From: the human T2T-CHM13v2.0 reference genome, Homo sapiens | Strand: one strand, 5' to 3' | Assembly (NCBI RefSeq): GCF_009914755.1 | Contig: NC_060930.1 | Length of the DNA: 64,000 nt | Shown: one piece after another, positions 24,836-41,257 of the stretch | How positions within the stretch are numbered: the first letter of the stretch is position 1 | Layout: each line of letters begins with the position of its first letter | The notes under the pieces: generated by a model | What the model saw: only the letters and a program-made list of their open reading frames with translations | Databases searched by the model: none | Told to the model about the DNA's origin: nothing | Program-made: the position numbers and the translations under genes

Positions 24836-25249
24836 TTAATACATTATAAACATGTAAGACCCTGTCATTACCACCTGTGTCTTCTTTAGAGAGGGCTCTC
24901 TTCTCTCATGATTGTGCTCTCTTTCAGCTTCTGTTTTCTATTTTAATTGTTTACTTTTCTTCTTATCTACTCTATGGACTCTTGGAGCATTAATTTATGT
25001 ATTCATTGTGTCCAACATAACTCTTAACACACAGAAGGGTTTTTAATGGTTTATATGTTATAACGGACACATAAATACTCCTGGTAAACTATTACTTACC
25101 TTATTAATTTGCCATTAGCAATAGTATTTAGTCAGATCTGAGTAATAGTGTTTTCCAGTTATCTTTATTTGAGGGAATGATGTCTTTCAAAACTATAATT
25201 TACATAAACATAGAATTTTAAAAATGTATTCTTGGCTAATTCGCCAAGA

Positions 25250-28200
25250 ATATATAAAAATTGTAAATATATTGTAAACACAACAGCAATATGGAGCACT
25301 TAAATACAGTATGTGCACCATATTGGAGTACCTAAATACATGAAACAATTATTAAATGATCTGAAGGGAAAGATAGACCCTAATATATAATAGTAGATTA
25401 CCTCAATTCCCCAATTTCAACAATAGACAAATTATCTACAGAGAAAATCAATACGGAAACATTGGATTTGAATTACACCTTCGACCAAGTAGACCTAACA
25501 GAAATATACAAAACATTCCACCCGACAGCAGCAAAATACACATTGTTCTGAAGTGCACACAAACGTTCTCCAGGATAGATCACATGTTAGGGCACAAAAC
25601 AAATCTTAACAACCTTGAGAGGACTGGAATGGTATCAAATATTTTTTGCATCCCAATGCAGGAAACTAGAAATCAGTAACAGGAGACATTTTTTAAAATA
25701 CACAAATATGTGGAAATTAAATACCATAGTCTTAAACAATTAATAGATTACAGAAAAATATTACAAAAAAATGAGTAAATGCCTTGAGGCAAGAGAAAAT
25801 GGAAACAAACATACAAAAACTCATGAGGTAGCAAAAGCAGTCCTAGAAGGGAAAATTATAGTGATAAATGCTTATACCAAAAGAAAGAAAAGATATCAAA
25901 TAAACAATCTAATGTTACACCTCAAGGAGCCAAAAAAAAGAACAAACTAAGTTTAAATTTAGCAGAAAAAAATGAAATAACAAAGTTCAGAGCATAAATA
26001 AATAGAGTACAGAAAAGCAATTTAAAAATCAACAAAACTAAGAATTGGTTTCTGAAAAGATAAGCAAAATTTAAAAACCCTTAACTAGACTAACTAGAAA
26101 AAAAGAGAGAAAACTTAGATCAATAAGATCAGAAATGAAAGAGGAGACATTGCTACTGAAACCACAGAAATACAAAACATCATAAGAAACTACTATGACA
26201 ATTATTGCCAACAAATTAGATAATCTAGTACAAATGGATAAATTCTTAGACACATACAATCTACCAGAACTGAATCACGAATATGTAGAAAATGTAAAGA
26301 GATGAATAAGAAGAGGTTCTATCAGTAATAAAGATACTCCTATCAAAGAAAACCCAGAACTGAAAAAACTTCACTGCTGACTTGTAAAAAAAAAAAATTG
26401 AATAATATCAAGTATTCTCAAATTTTTCAAAAAAATTGCAACACAGCGTCACTTTTTGAGGTTAGCACTACCCTGATACCAAAGTCAGACAAGAACACTA
26501 CAAGAAAAGAAAGTGTACAAGCCAATATCCCTCATGAACACAAACGCAAAAATCCTCAACATAATATCGGCAAATGGAATTCAAGAACAAATTAAATGAA
26601 TCATTCACCATAATCAAGTGGGCTTTATCCGTAGGATGCAAGGATGACTCAACATATGATACATCATGCTATAAAATAAAGAACAAAAATCATATGATTA
26701 CCTCAGAAGAAAAAAAGCATTTGGCAAATTTAACATCTTTATAATAAGAAAAATGCAACTCTTGACAGACGATTGATACAAGACTCAACAGGTATTGAAG
26801 GAACGCAGCTCAATATAATAAAGGCCATAAATGACAAGCCCATGGTGAATAGTTGAAAGCTTTTTTTCTAAGATGAGAAACAGGACAAGGATGCCCACTA
26901 CCACTTGTTTTCAACATGGTACTGGGAAGTCCTAGCCAGAGCAACTAGCCAAGAGAAAGAAACAAAAAGTAGCTTTAAAGGAAAGGAAGAAGTTAAATTG
27001 TCTCTATTTGCTGACAATATGATCTTATATAGAGAAAACCCTAATAACTGACCAAAACTGTTAGAATTGATAAATTAATTCAGTAAAGCTGCAGGATACA
27101 AATCAGCAGGAAAAAACTTGTAGCGTTTCCATATACTAATAACAAACTATCTAAAAACTTTTTTTAAAAAAAGATCCTATTTACAATAGCAACAAATCAA
27201 TTAAAATTAATCAAGGAGATTAAAATTGTACCGAAAATTGTAAAATACTGATGAAAGAGATTGAAGAAAACACAAATAAATATAAAGCTATAACATGAAT
27301 TAATATTGTGAAAATGTCTGTACTACCCAAAGTGATATACAGATTCAGTGCAATTCCTCTCAAAATTCCAATATGATTTTTCAAAAAAATAGAAAAAAAT
27401 TCTTTTTTTTGGTATTTGTATGGAGCCATAAAAGTCCCAAAACAGCCAAAACAATCCTGAGCAAACAAAGAAACAAACAGCAAAAAAACAAAGCTGTAGG
27501 CATCACACTACCTGATTTCAAAATCAGCTACAAAGCTAAATTAATTAAACACCAGCTTATTTGCATAAAAACAGATACATTGATCAATGGAACATAATAG
27601 GGAGCCCAGAAATAAACCCACACATATGGCCAATTGATTTTTTGATGAATGTGCCCAGAACACACAATGGGGAAATGATAGTCTCTTCCATAAATGGTGA
27701 TGGGAAAACTGAATAACCAAACAGAAACAAATAAAATTAGACCCATGCCTCACATCATATAAAAAAATCAATTTAAAATAGAGTAGACTTAAATATAAGA
27801 CCTGAAACTGTAAATCTACTAGAGAAAACAGAGCAAAATCTCCATGACATTGGTCTAAGCAACAGGATATTTTGGATGTGATCCCAAAAGCATAGGCAAC
27901 AAAAGAAAAAACGAAAAAAATGAATTTATTTCAAACTAAAAAGTTTCCACAGAGAAAGAATAAAACTAATAAGGTGTTGTGACAACACAGAGAATACAAG
28001 AAAATACTTGCAAGCCATACATTTGACAGGCGGTTAATACACCAAATATATGGATGATCCTTGATTATGATGGGATTACAACCCAATAAACCCATCCCAA
28101 TCTAAAAATATAACAAATAAAAATACATTTAACACCTCAATAAACTCATTGTACAGTCAAAATTATAAGTTGAAGAGATGTCTAGATATTCCTCACATTA

Positions 28201-29315
28201 TGATGGGAGTCTATCCTGATAAACCCATTGTAACGACAAAAAATTGAAAGTTGAATCATTATAAGGGAAGGAACATCTATACAAAGAACTCAAACCAACT
28301 CAATAGCATTAAAACAAGTCACTTAATTTAAAAATTGGCAAAGAACCTATAAAATATATTTCCAAAGAAGACATACAAATGACCAAAAGGTACATGAAAA
28401 TATGTTCCACATTACTAATCATTAGGGTATTGCAAATTAAAACAACAAGTTATTACTTCACATCTGTCAGAATTGCTATTATCAAAAACATGGAAAGATA
28501 AGGGTTGGCAAGAAATCAGAGAAAAGAGAACTCCTGTACTTTTTTGGTGAGAATGGACATTAGTACAGCCATTATGAAAAACAGTGTGGTAGTTTTCCAA
28601 GAAACTAAAATTAGAACTGCCATGGGATTCAGTAATCCCACTTCTGAGTATATTTCCAAAGGAACTGAAATCAACAGTCAAAGTGATGTCTGCATTCTCA
28701 TGTTTTTTGTAGCATTATTCATAATGGTCGAGATATGGAATTAACTTAAGTGTCTATCAAAGCATGAATAGATAAAGGGAATATGGTAAATATATACAAT
28801 AAAACATTATTCAACTTTTAAAAAGAAGGAAATCCTGTCATTTGTGATGACATGAATGAATCTGGAGGACATTGCACCAAGTGAGATAAGCCATGCACAA
28901 AAAGACAAATATTGCATGGTCTCACTTATATGTGGAATCTAAAGTACATTGAACTCATAGAAGTAGAGAATAGGATAATGGCTACCAGGAGCTGCGGGAA
29001 GAGTAGGGAGAGGAAATGGGGAGATGTTAATCAAAAGGAACTAAGTTTCAGATAGATATGAAAAATAAATCGAGATCTATTGAGCATTGGGGTAACTACA
29101 GTCAATAATAATGGACTGTACATTTCAAAATAACAAAAAAAGTAAATTTCAGAAGTCTTGCCATAAAAATGATAGGTAAATAAAGTGATGGATGTGCTAA
29201 TTAGCTTGATTTAATTAGTCCACGTTGTATACCTATATCAAAACATTGCATCATACCCCTAAATGTATACAACTTGTTTATCAAAAATAATATTGAGAAA
29301 CAAATAAGAAAAGAA
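25250..29315 (+). mobile_element. 5'-truncated L1MA, decayed ORF2 and 3'UTR
   Basis: ORF2-like throughout (CTCCAGGATAGATCACATGTTAGG; GGAAGAAGTTAAATTGTCTCTATTTGCTGAC; CATCACACTACCTGATTTCAAA); L1MA 3'UTR GTGATGGATGTGCTAATTAGCTTGATTTAA. Confidence 0.92.
28051..28279 (+). mobile_element. MER47-like TcMar-Tigger non-autonomous DNA transposon
   Basis: GATGATCCTTGATTATGATGGGATTACAACCCAATAAACCCATC, with the unit repeated at about 28185; TA on both sides; L1 sequence is contiguous across it (CCAAATATA|CAAAGAACTC). Confidence 0.8.
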
Positions 29316-29529
29316 AATGTGTCATTTTTTCTGACTATATATTCCATTATAAATATTTTAATTACAATCTAAAATTAAGGAAACTTTTTTTTTAGAAAAG
29401 ATGAGAACCTAAAATTCTACAAATCCTCTTCTCCTATTTCTTCATCATGAATATCATTACAATCAAACTCTTGGTAGCTTTTTATTGATTGCACAACAAT
29501 TTCTAAGACCTTTACTGGTCACATCAACT

Positions 29530-29700
29530 CATTATGTCATTGAGTTTTTATAAGAATCCAGGGGTAATCATAATGATTCCCATTTTCAAATGTGAGGAAA
29601 CAGAAGGCTTAAAGAGATTAATTTGTTTATTTTAACAAAAAATATTGATAAAGCAAGGATCCATGTACAAACATAATTAGAACCCATGTTCACAACATAA
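29530..29700 (-). mobile_element. MIR fragment
   Basis: ATGATTCCCATTTTCAAATGTGAGGAAACAGAAGGCTTAAAGAGATTAA core. Confidence 0.65.
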
Positions 29701-30672
29701 TGGTTAATTCATAATTATTTTTCTCAAGGATTCTTCAGTCTGTTAAATTAGAACTTCTAGATATATCAAAAGAAGGTCACTAACTATATTGACCTTCCAG
29801 CCATCATCCAGATTTTTAAATGACTTAACAAACTGGTTAAATATTTATCCATATAGCTAAGAAAGAGAACTGCTAAAACATGGCTCCTATAAGTTGCAAA
29901 AGTATATGCCTACAGACCTTGAAGATTTTGCCCAATCAAACATGTGGATGATGGTGATGTCACTGGAATGGAAAGTCAGTCTCTGCACTGTCCTCCATAC
30001 TACCTAGGAGAGTAAGAACAGCTTGAGTACAACAGTACACCATTTATAACACATTAGTCAAGGAAGCTATGTGTAGAAAAGTTTGCCCAGAGAAAAGCTA
30101 TACAGTTATAAAATACTGAGCCATAAAGTTGAGGTGGAGTGGAGGTAAAAAGTTATGACTGATTTTAAAGAAAAAAATACAGTAAGCTACTTAAGGAGGC
30201 ATAAGTTGTAAGTGTGTCTACTATTTCTATTTGCTCTTGGAGTGGTTTTTTGGGTGCCCAGGATGAATTCCAGAAAAATTGTGACATCTTGAAAATACAT
30301 TTGATTCATAATTTTTCACTGCTGAGAGTAATTCACTGGATTGGAAGCCTGAATTGAGGATAAGCCAGAAACTTTGAGGAATTTGGCAATTTAAGTGCAA
30401 AAGTAATCAGAATGAAGAGAAGAACAAAATGTTGGCACACAATATACTTCTCACAAGGAAAACCTGGCCTTGTAGCAAGGAAGGCTAAACACAAGTCCCC
30501 CCCACCCCCTAAAAAAAGGAATGAAAGCTAAAGAGGTCTTAAAACTTACCAAAAAATTTTCCATTTGTATTCTTTCATTTGCTATGAGTCAGCAGAATTT
30601 GAAAACACCATCAAACTTGACATCAAGGGGCCAGGCTGACTCAATGGACCAAAAGATTATGGTAGACACAGT

Positions 30673-31202
30673 TGTCAAAGCAAAAACTGCACCATGCAAT
30701 GTTAAACAGGTAAGGGAGACTAAGCCTACTGTAAGAGTATAGAGAGGTTAATCTGAGCTCAACTTTGCTGAAACAAAAAGCAGGACAGATTTAAGAGCTG
30801 GGTTAAGGAATCTTAGGATATCTGTGTTTGCTAATTGGCATTGCTCAAAGGAAAAGTACACTTTCTTGAGAGGAGATAGTTTTATAACTTCTAGGAAGAC
30901 ATCCACTAAACTTAGGCTCCTACTGTCCCACAGAGAGAGGGAGAAAGGGGCTGTATCTTCCTTGACAATTATATTTCAAAAGAATGGCTCCCAGGTCCTG
31001 GAAAAGTCAGTTCTGCATTGTAAGCCTAACGGAGGCTTTTAAAAAGATTTACATCACAAAAGGGAAGAGAAACAAACTGATTGCAAGTTTTCTAAAGTAA
31101 ATGCTCTAAAAAAAGTTGCCAGGAGATCAGGGCCTGGAATCAGAAAGAAGCAGGTCTGAAGTTTACTTAAGCTGAGAGCAGCTTTAAGGTCCATCTTGGT
31201 CA
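30673..31202 (-). mobile_element. MER67-like ERV1 solo LTR
   Basis: TG...CA termini; - strand starts TGACCAAGATGGACCTTAAAG...CTCAGCTTAAGTAAACTTCAGAC and ends GGTGCAGTTTTTGCTTTGACA. Family from memory. Confidence 0.65.
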
Positions 31203-32729
31203 CAAGTTAAGTAAGTTAGAAAAAATAAGACATAATATGAAAGCAAAAATCTCTTCTCAGCCTAATGTTAGGTGTTGCTCCTTTGCATCTTTTGTTTTTA
31301 AGTGCTGTTTTTTGGTACTGAGCCCTAGGATCACTTTTCTTTTCTTAATACAATTTCCTGAAGCATATCATCAGCCCACATTACTTTAATTGTTATTTAT
31401 CTGATGACAATTTTCAAACTATGATATTTATATTTTCAAAGGAAAATATGTTTGGCTCATAAATTCTAAGTTGAGTGTACTTGTCTTTACTGGAGAAAAT
31501 ATATATACACACACTTGTGCATGAGCACATACATGGAACTCAGGCAAAAACAAATGAACAAGCAAAATAAGAATTAAAAACAAATTAAAATTAAAATAAC
31601 CAAAGACCTAGAGGGTTGCAATAGAAAACTGCTGTAAATGCAGTTATGGAAGAGTTTACAGGTATCAACATTTCTTAGAAGAGTAGATTTCTTATAAAAA
31701 GTGACTTGAGGGGGCAGTTCCAAGATGGAAGAATAGGAAAAGCTCCAGTCTACAACTCCCAGCATGAGTGATGCAGAAGACAGGTGATTTCTGCATTTCC
31801 AACTGAGGTACCAAGTTCATCTCACTGGGGCTTGTTGGACAGTGGGTGCAGGACAGTGGGTGCAGTGCACCAAGAGTGAGCCGAAGCAGGGCAAGGCATT
31901 GCCTCACCTGGGAAGTGCAAGGGGTCAGGGAATTCCCTTTCCTAGCCAAGCGAAGCTGTGACAGACAGCACCTGGAAAACTGGGTCACTCCCATGCTAAT
32001 ACTGTGCTTTTCCAATGGTCTTAGCAAATGGCACACCAGGAGATTATATCCCACGCCTTGCTCAGAGGGTCCCACATCCACAGAGCCTCACTCATTGCTA
32101 GCACAGCAGTCCGAGATCAAACTGCAAGGTGGCAGTGAGGCTGGGGAAGGGGCGCCCACCATTGCTGAGGCTTGAGTAGGTAAACAAAGTGGTTGGGAAG
32201 CTCGAACTGGGTGGAGCCCACTACAGCTCAAGGAGGCCTGCATGCCTCTGTAGACCCCACCTCTGAGGGCAGGGCATACCTGAATAAAAGGCAGCAGAAA
32301 CCTCTGCAGACTTAAATGTCCCTGTCTGACAGCTTTGAAGAGAGTAGTGGTTCTCCCAGCATGGAGTTTGAGATCTGAGAATGGACAGACTGCCTCCTCA
32401 AGTGGGTCCCTGATCCCCGAGTAGCCTAACTGGGAGGCACCACACAGTGGGAGCAGACTGACACCTCATAAGGCCGGGTAACCCTCTGAGATGAAACTTC
32501 CAAAGGAACAATCAGGCATTTGCTGATCAGCAATATTCGCTGTTCTGCAGCCTCTGCTGCTGATACCCAGGCAAAAAGGGTCTGGAGTGGACCTCCAGCA
32601 AACTCCAACAGACCTGCAGCTGAGGGTCCTAACTGTTAGAAGGAAAACTAACAAACAGAAAAACATCCAAACAAAACCCCATCTGTATGTCACCATCATC
32701 AAAGACCAAAGGTAGATAAAACCACAAAG

Positions 32730-33744
32730 ATGGGGAAAAAAACAGAACAGAAAAGCTGAAAATTCTAAAAATCAGAGCGCTTCTCCCCCTCCAAAGGAAT
32801 GCAGCTCCTCACCATCAATGGAACAAAGTTGGATGGAGAATGACTTTGATGAGTTGAGAGAAGAAGGCTTCAGGTGATGAAAGTTCTCCGAGCTAAAGAA
32901 GGAAGTTTGAACCCATCACAAAGAAGGTAAAAACCTTGAAAAAAGATTAGATGAATGGCTAACTAGAATAAGCAGTGTAGAGAAGTCCTTAAATGACCTC
33001 ATGAAGCTGAAAACCACAGCATGAGAACTATGTGACAAATGAAAAAGCTTCAGTAGCTGATTTGATCAACTGGAAGAAAAGGTATCAGTGATTGAAGATC
33101 AAATGAATGAAATGAAGCAAGAAGAGAAGTTTAGAGAAAAAAGAGTAAAAATAAATGAACAAACCTCCAAGAAATATGGGACTATGTGAAAAGACCAAAT
33201 CTATGTCTGATTGGTGTACCTGAAAGTGACGGGGAGAATGGAACCAAGTTGGAAAACACTCTGCAGGATATTATCCAGGAGAACTTCCCCACCTAGCAAG
33301 GCAGACCAACATTCAAATTCAGGAAATACAGAGAATGCCACAAAGATACTCCCAGAGAAGAGCAACTCCAAGACACATAACTGTCAGATTCACCAAAGTT
33401 GAAATGAAGGAAAAAATGTTAAGGGCATTCAGAGAGAGAGGTCAGGCTAACCACAAAGGGAAGCCCATTGGACTAACAGCAGATCTCTCAGCAGAAACTC
33501 TGCAAGCCAGAAGATAGTGGGGCCAATATTCAACATTCTTAAAGAAAAGAATTTTCAACCCACAATTTCATATCCAGCCAAAATAAGCTTCATAAGTGAA
33601 GGAGAAATAAAATCTTTTACAGACAAGCAAATGCTGAGAGATTTTGTCACCACCAGGCCTGCCCTACAAGAGCTCCTAAAGGAAGCACTAAACATGGAAA
33701 GGAACAACCAGTACCAGCCACTGCAAAAACATGCCAAATTGTAA
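32730..33744 (+). pseudogene. L1 ORF1p, disrupted
   Basis: ATGGGGAAAAAA start; fragments MPQRYSQRRATPRHITVRFTKVEMKEK and ...NNQYQPLQKHAKL*; several stops and frameshifts. Confidence 0.93.
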
Positions 33745-33807
33745 AGACTATGGATGCTAGGAAGAAACTGCATCAACTAATGAGCAAAATAGCCAGCTAA
33801 CATCATA

Positions 33808-37633
<3,826 letters not shown>

Positions 37634-37688
37634 ACAATGAGAACACCTGGACACAGGAAAGGGAACATCACACACAGGGACTGTTGTT

Positions 37689-37709
37689 GGGTGGGGGGAG
37701 CGGGGAGGG
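37689..37709 (+). other. G-quadruplex motif in L1 3'UTR
   Basis: GGGTGGGGGGAGCGGGGAGGG has four G-runs of at least 3. Confidence 0.7.
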
Positions 37710-38399
37710 ATAGCATTAGGAGATATACCTAATGTAAATGATGAATTAATGGGTGCAGCACACCAACATGGCACATGTATACATATGTAACAAACCTACA
37801 TGTTGTGCACATGTACCCTAGAACTTAAAGTATAATTTAAAAAAAAAGTGACTTGAAGAGAGTAAAGTAGATCTAAATTTCCAGATTTTCCTAACAAAAC
37901 TAAGCAGAAAGAAAAGAAATAGCAGAAAGAAAATATAACGTGCCAAAGATGTAGTAAGCACAATTAGTGTTATTATTACAGCAAATTTTTAGAGAATTGC
38001 AATTTTTACATTATTGAAAAACTAAAAGATCCTTTAAAGCAAAACTTAAAAGAAGATATGGAACTAACAAATCACTAAAATTGAGACACCATATAAACCA
38101 TCTAGGAAAGGATAGAAAGACTATAGAATTTTAAATTATATGCATATGTTACTGTTTTGAATCTCCTTTGTAAAGGCAAAGACATGAGACTGTTAAATTA
38201 TAGGAGGCTGGTTTTATTGGGCAAAACTCCTACACTAGTTCCCAACGGACCGGACTCAAAATGGAGTTACCTATGCTCACCAAAGTGAAATTGAATTTTC
38301 ATCTGTCCTTCCAAGGAATTAGAAGAGAGAGAGATAACAGTCTAATTTCTGAACAGGGAAGTTTCCATCTTCAATTAGCATGATAATAAAGTGTCCTTT

Positions 38400-38533
38400 T
38401 AAAAAGATTTTTAAAATTTCAAAATAGTTTTATATTTATAGAAAAATTATGAAGACTGTACAGTTTCCATATACCCCACATCCAGTTTCCCCTATTAACA
38501 ACATTTTATATTTGCCACAATTAATGAACTAAT
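38400..38533 (-). mobile_element. Short L1MC/MD 3' terminus
   Basis: TTCCATATACCCCACATCCAGTTTCCCCTATTAAC...CACAATTAATGAAC. Confidence 0.65.
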
Positions 38534-38539
38534 TTAAAA

Positions 38540-39680
38540 AATTTTTGATACAAAATATTTGTACATGTTTATGAGGCAGGTATGATATTTTGTTACACTC
38601 ATAGAATGTGTAATGATCAAGTGAGTGTATTTAGGATATCCATCACCTTGATTATTTATTTCTGTATTGGGAACATTTCAAGTTCTCTCTTCTAGCTATT
38701 TTTAAGTATATAATACATAACCATATATAATACATTGTTGTTTACTATACTTAACTTACTTTGCTATCGAATGTTAGAACTTATTCCTTCTATCTAATTG
38801 CATATTTGTACCCATTAACTTCTCTTTATCCCTCTTTTACCTGTCCCGATCTCTGGCAACCATCAATTTACTCTCTACTTCAATAATATAAATCTTTGTA
38901 GTTCCCACACGAGTGAGAACATGCAATATTTGTCTTTCTGTGCCATTATGTTATTTCACTTAACATAGTGACCTCCAGCTCCATTCCCGTTGCTGCAAAT
39001 GACAGGATTTTATTAATTTTTGATGGTTGAATAATATTCTATTATTGTATATACACACACATACATAGATAGGTGAGATATCTATCTATATAGCTCTCTA
39101 TGTAGATATATATGTGAGCTATATGTATCTCTATAGCTCTATCTTTGTCTCTCTCTCTATATATAGCTCTCTATAGATATATATATCTGTGAGCTATATA
39201 GATCTATATAGAGCTATATATATAGGTAGCTATATAGACATATAGATAAATAGAGATATATTTCTATAGAGAGAGATATATAGAGATTTGTCAATATATC
39301 TATGAGATATATATCTAGGTATATCTCACATGTGTATGATATATCCTCCTTTGCTCAACTAATTGGAACACATATTTTATGGAACAAAATGTCGCCTGAT
39401 TCTAAAATCACAATAAAACCAATATATTTAAATTAAATTGGTTATTTTGTCTGTTGAAAAGATAGATTTTTTAAAGTCCAAAATATACAACCCCAAAAAA
39501 CTCAGAAAGCTTAACTATATCTCATATTTTCTTTATCCATGCATCCATTGATAGAAGTTGATTCCATATCTTTGCTATTGGGAACAGTGCTGCAATAAAC
39601 ATGAGGGTGCATGTATTTTTTGATATACTGATTTACTTTCCTTTGGATACATGACCAATAGTGAGATTACTGGATCATAG
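38540..39680 (-). mobile_element. L1MA1-3-like 3' end
   Basis: ATAGAATGTGTAATGATCAAGT...GAGTGAGAACATGCAATATTTGTCTTTCTG...GTTGCTGCAAATGACAGGATTT; resumes TTTCTTTATCCATGCATCC after an insert. Confidence 0.88.
39045..39342. repeat. Complex (TA/GA/TC) low-complexity, self-complementary tract
   Basis: Recurring ATATAGCTCTCTAT and GAGCTATATA units; bounded by the inverted pair GTGAGATAT (39073) / ATATCTCAC (39321). Confidence 0.9.
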
Positions 39681-40190
39681 ATAAAATAATAGTTGGAAAT
39701 TTGAACATTTCACCTCCAACAGATTATCTAGACAAAAAAAATTCATCAAAGAATCATTGGATTTAAACTACATTTTAGACCAAGTGGTCCTAACAGATAT
39801 TTATAGAGCATGTTATTCAACAGCTGCAGAATATACATTCTTCTCACCAGCACATGGAACACTCTGCAAGATAGATCATATGTTGGGTCACAAAACAAGT
39901 TTCAACAAATTTTTAAAAATCAAAGTCATATCAAGTGCTTTCTCAGACCACAATGGAATAAAACTAGAAATCAAAACCAAGAGTAACTTTGGAAACTGTA
40001 CAAATACATGGAAATTAAGCAACATGCTCCTGAATGAGCATTGGATCAATGAAGAAATTAAGAAGGGAATACATATTTTTAAAATTCTTAAAACAAATGA
40101 AAATGAAAAATCAACAAACCAAAATTCATGTGAAAAAGCAAAAACAGTACTAAGAGGGAAGTTTATAGCAATGAACGCTGACTTTAGAAA
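39681..40190 (+). mobile_element. L1 ORF2 endonuclease-region fragment
   Basis: ORF 39757-40206: LTDIYRACYSTAAEYTFFSPAHGTLCKIDHMLGHK...SDHNGIKLEI...LRGKFIA. Confidence 0.92.
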
Positions 40191-40788
40191 AGCACCTCTG
40201 TTTTAATATGTAACCCTAAGTAACCTGAAGTTAACCAATAATTTAGCTATTTTTCTGTATCTCTCCCTCTGCCTTTCAAAGAGAGTTAATTTGAAATGCC
40301 CAGTCTGCTTTTTGTTCTTTGTTTCTTCTTTCTTCAACCCATTTTCTATCTATAAAACCATCCTCCTTTGCTCAACTAATTGGAACACATATTTTATGGA
40401 ACAAAATGTTGCCTGATTCTAAAATCACAATAAAACCAATTAATATTTTTAAACTAAATTGGTTATTTTGTCTTTTGAAAATATAGATTTTTTAAAAGTC
40501 CAAAATATACAACCCCCAGAAAACTCAGAAAGGTTAACAATATCAAGGAAGCACAAAATTAGGCAGGTGTTTTAGGCAAACAGAAATGGAGGAAAATTGG
40601 TCCATATTTAATATAAAGATAAATATAAGCAGAAAAATGCATTACATGAGATAAAGCCAGTTTTTTAAATGCAGTTTTATTCCACAATGGATATACAATA
40701 AATATGATCACTTTTATGCTAACATATGAAACAAGAATGGTAGAAATACAAGGGAAAATTGTCCAAAAAATAATGAGGTGCTATAGAC

Positions 40789-40998
40789 CTGCACAGTCCA
40801 ATACAATAGCCACTACTTTTGTGTGACTATTTAATTTCTAACTGAAATTAGGTAGTATTAAATGCAATTAAATTCATTTACTCTTATGTCCTAGATACAT
40901 TTCAAGCATTAAGTAGCTACATATGACTAGTGAATGCAGTTTTGGATAGTGCCAAAAACTGTGTCCATCATTGCAGAAGTTTCTACTGGAAAACACTG
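40789..40998 (-). mobile_element. MER3 hAT-Charlie non-autonomous DNA transposon
   Basis: CTGCACAGTCCAATACAATAGCCACTA...TCCATCATTGCAGAAGTTTCTACTGGAAAACACTG; 210 bp; 8-bp TSD CTATAGAC / CTATAAAT. Confidence 0.85.
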
Positions 40999-41257
40999 CT
41001 ATAAATATCTTTCTCACTCTCTGATATATCAAACAGGAAAAATACAAATAGGATATAAAGGAAGTTCTTCAATTACAGTCATTAAATATATCTGATGTAC
41101 CAACTATACTGGCACTGGAGCTACAACTGTAAATAAAACAGATGTCATCCTTGCTGATTCAAAATACCAAACATTAAAAATATATCCTGAAACAACTAAT
41201 ACATTGTCTTTTCCAGTATCATAGAGCATTTATTTTTAAAGCCATGTAGTCAAATAT

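Larger units (their letters stand above)
38191..40480 (+). mobile_element. LTR37-like ERV1 solo LTR split by L1 insertions (about 38191-38396 and 40195-40480)
   Basis: TGTTAAATTATAGGAGGC...CTCCTACACTAG...AAAATGGAGTTAC start; 3' part has TATAAAA, CAATAAAA and TTTTGTCTTTTGAAA. Family from memory. Confidence 0.6.

Noticed and set aside
29850-30670. Unassigned segment, possibly an old L1/HAL1 5' region or an exon
   Set aside because: No diagnostic motif or convincing splice-site pair that I could support.
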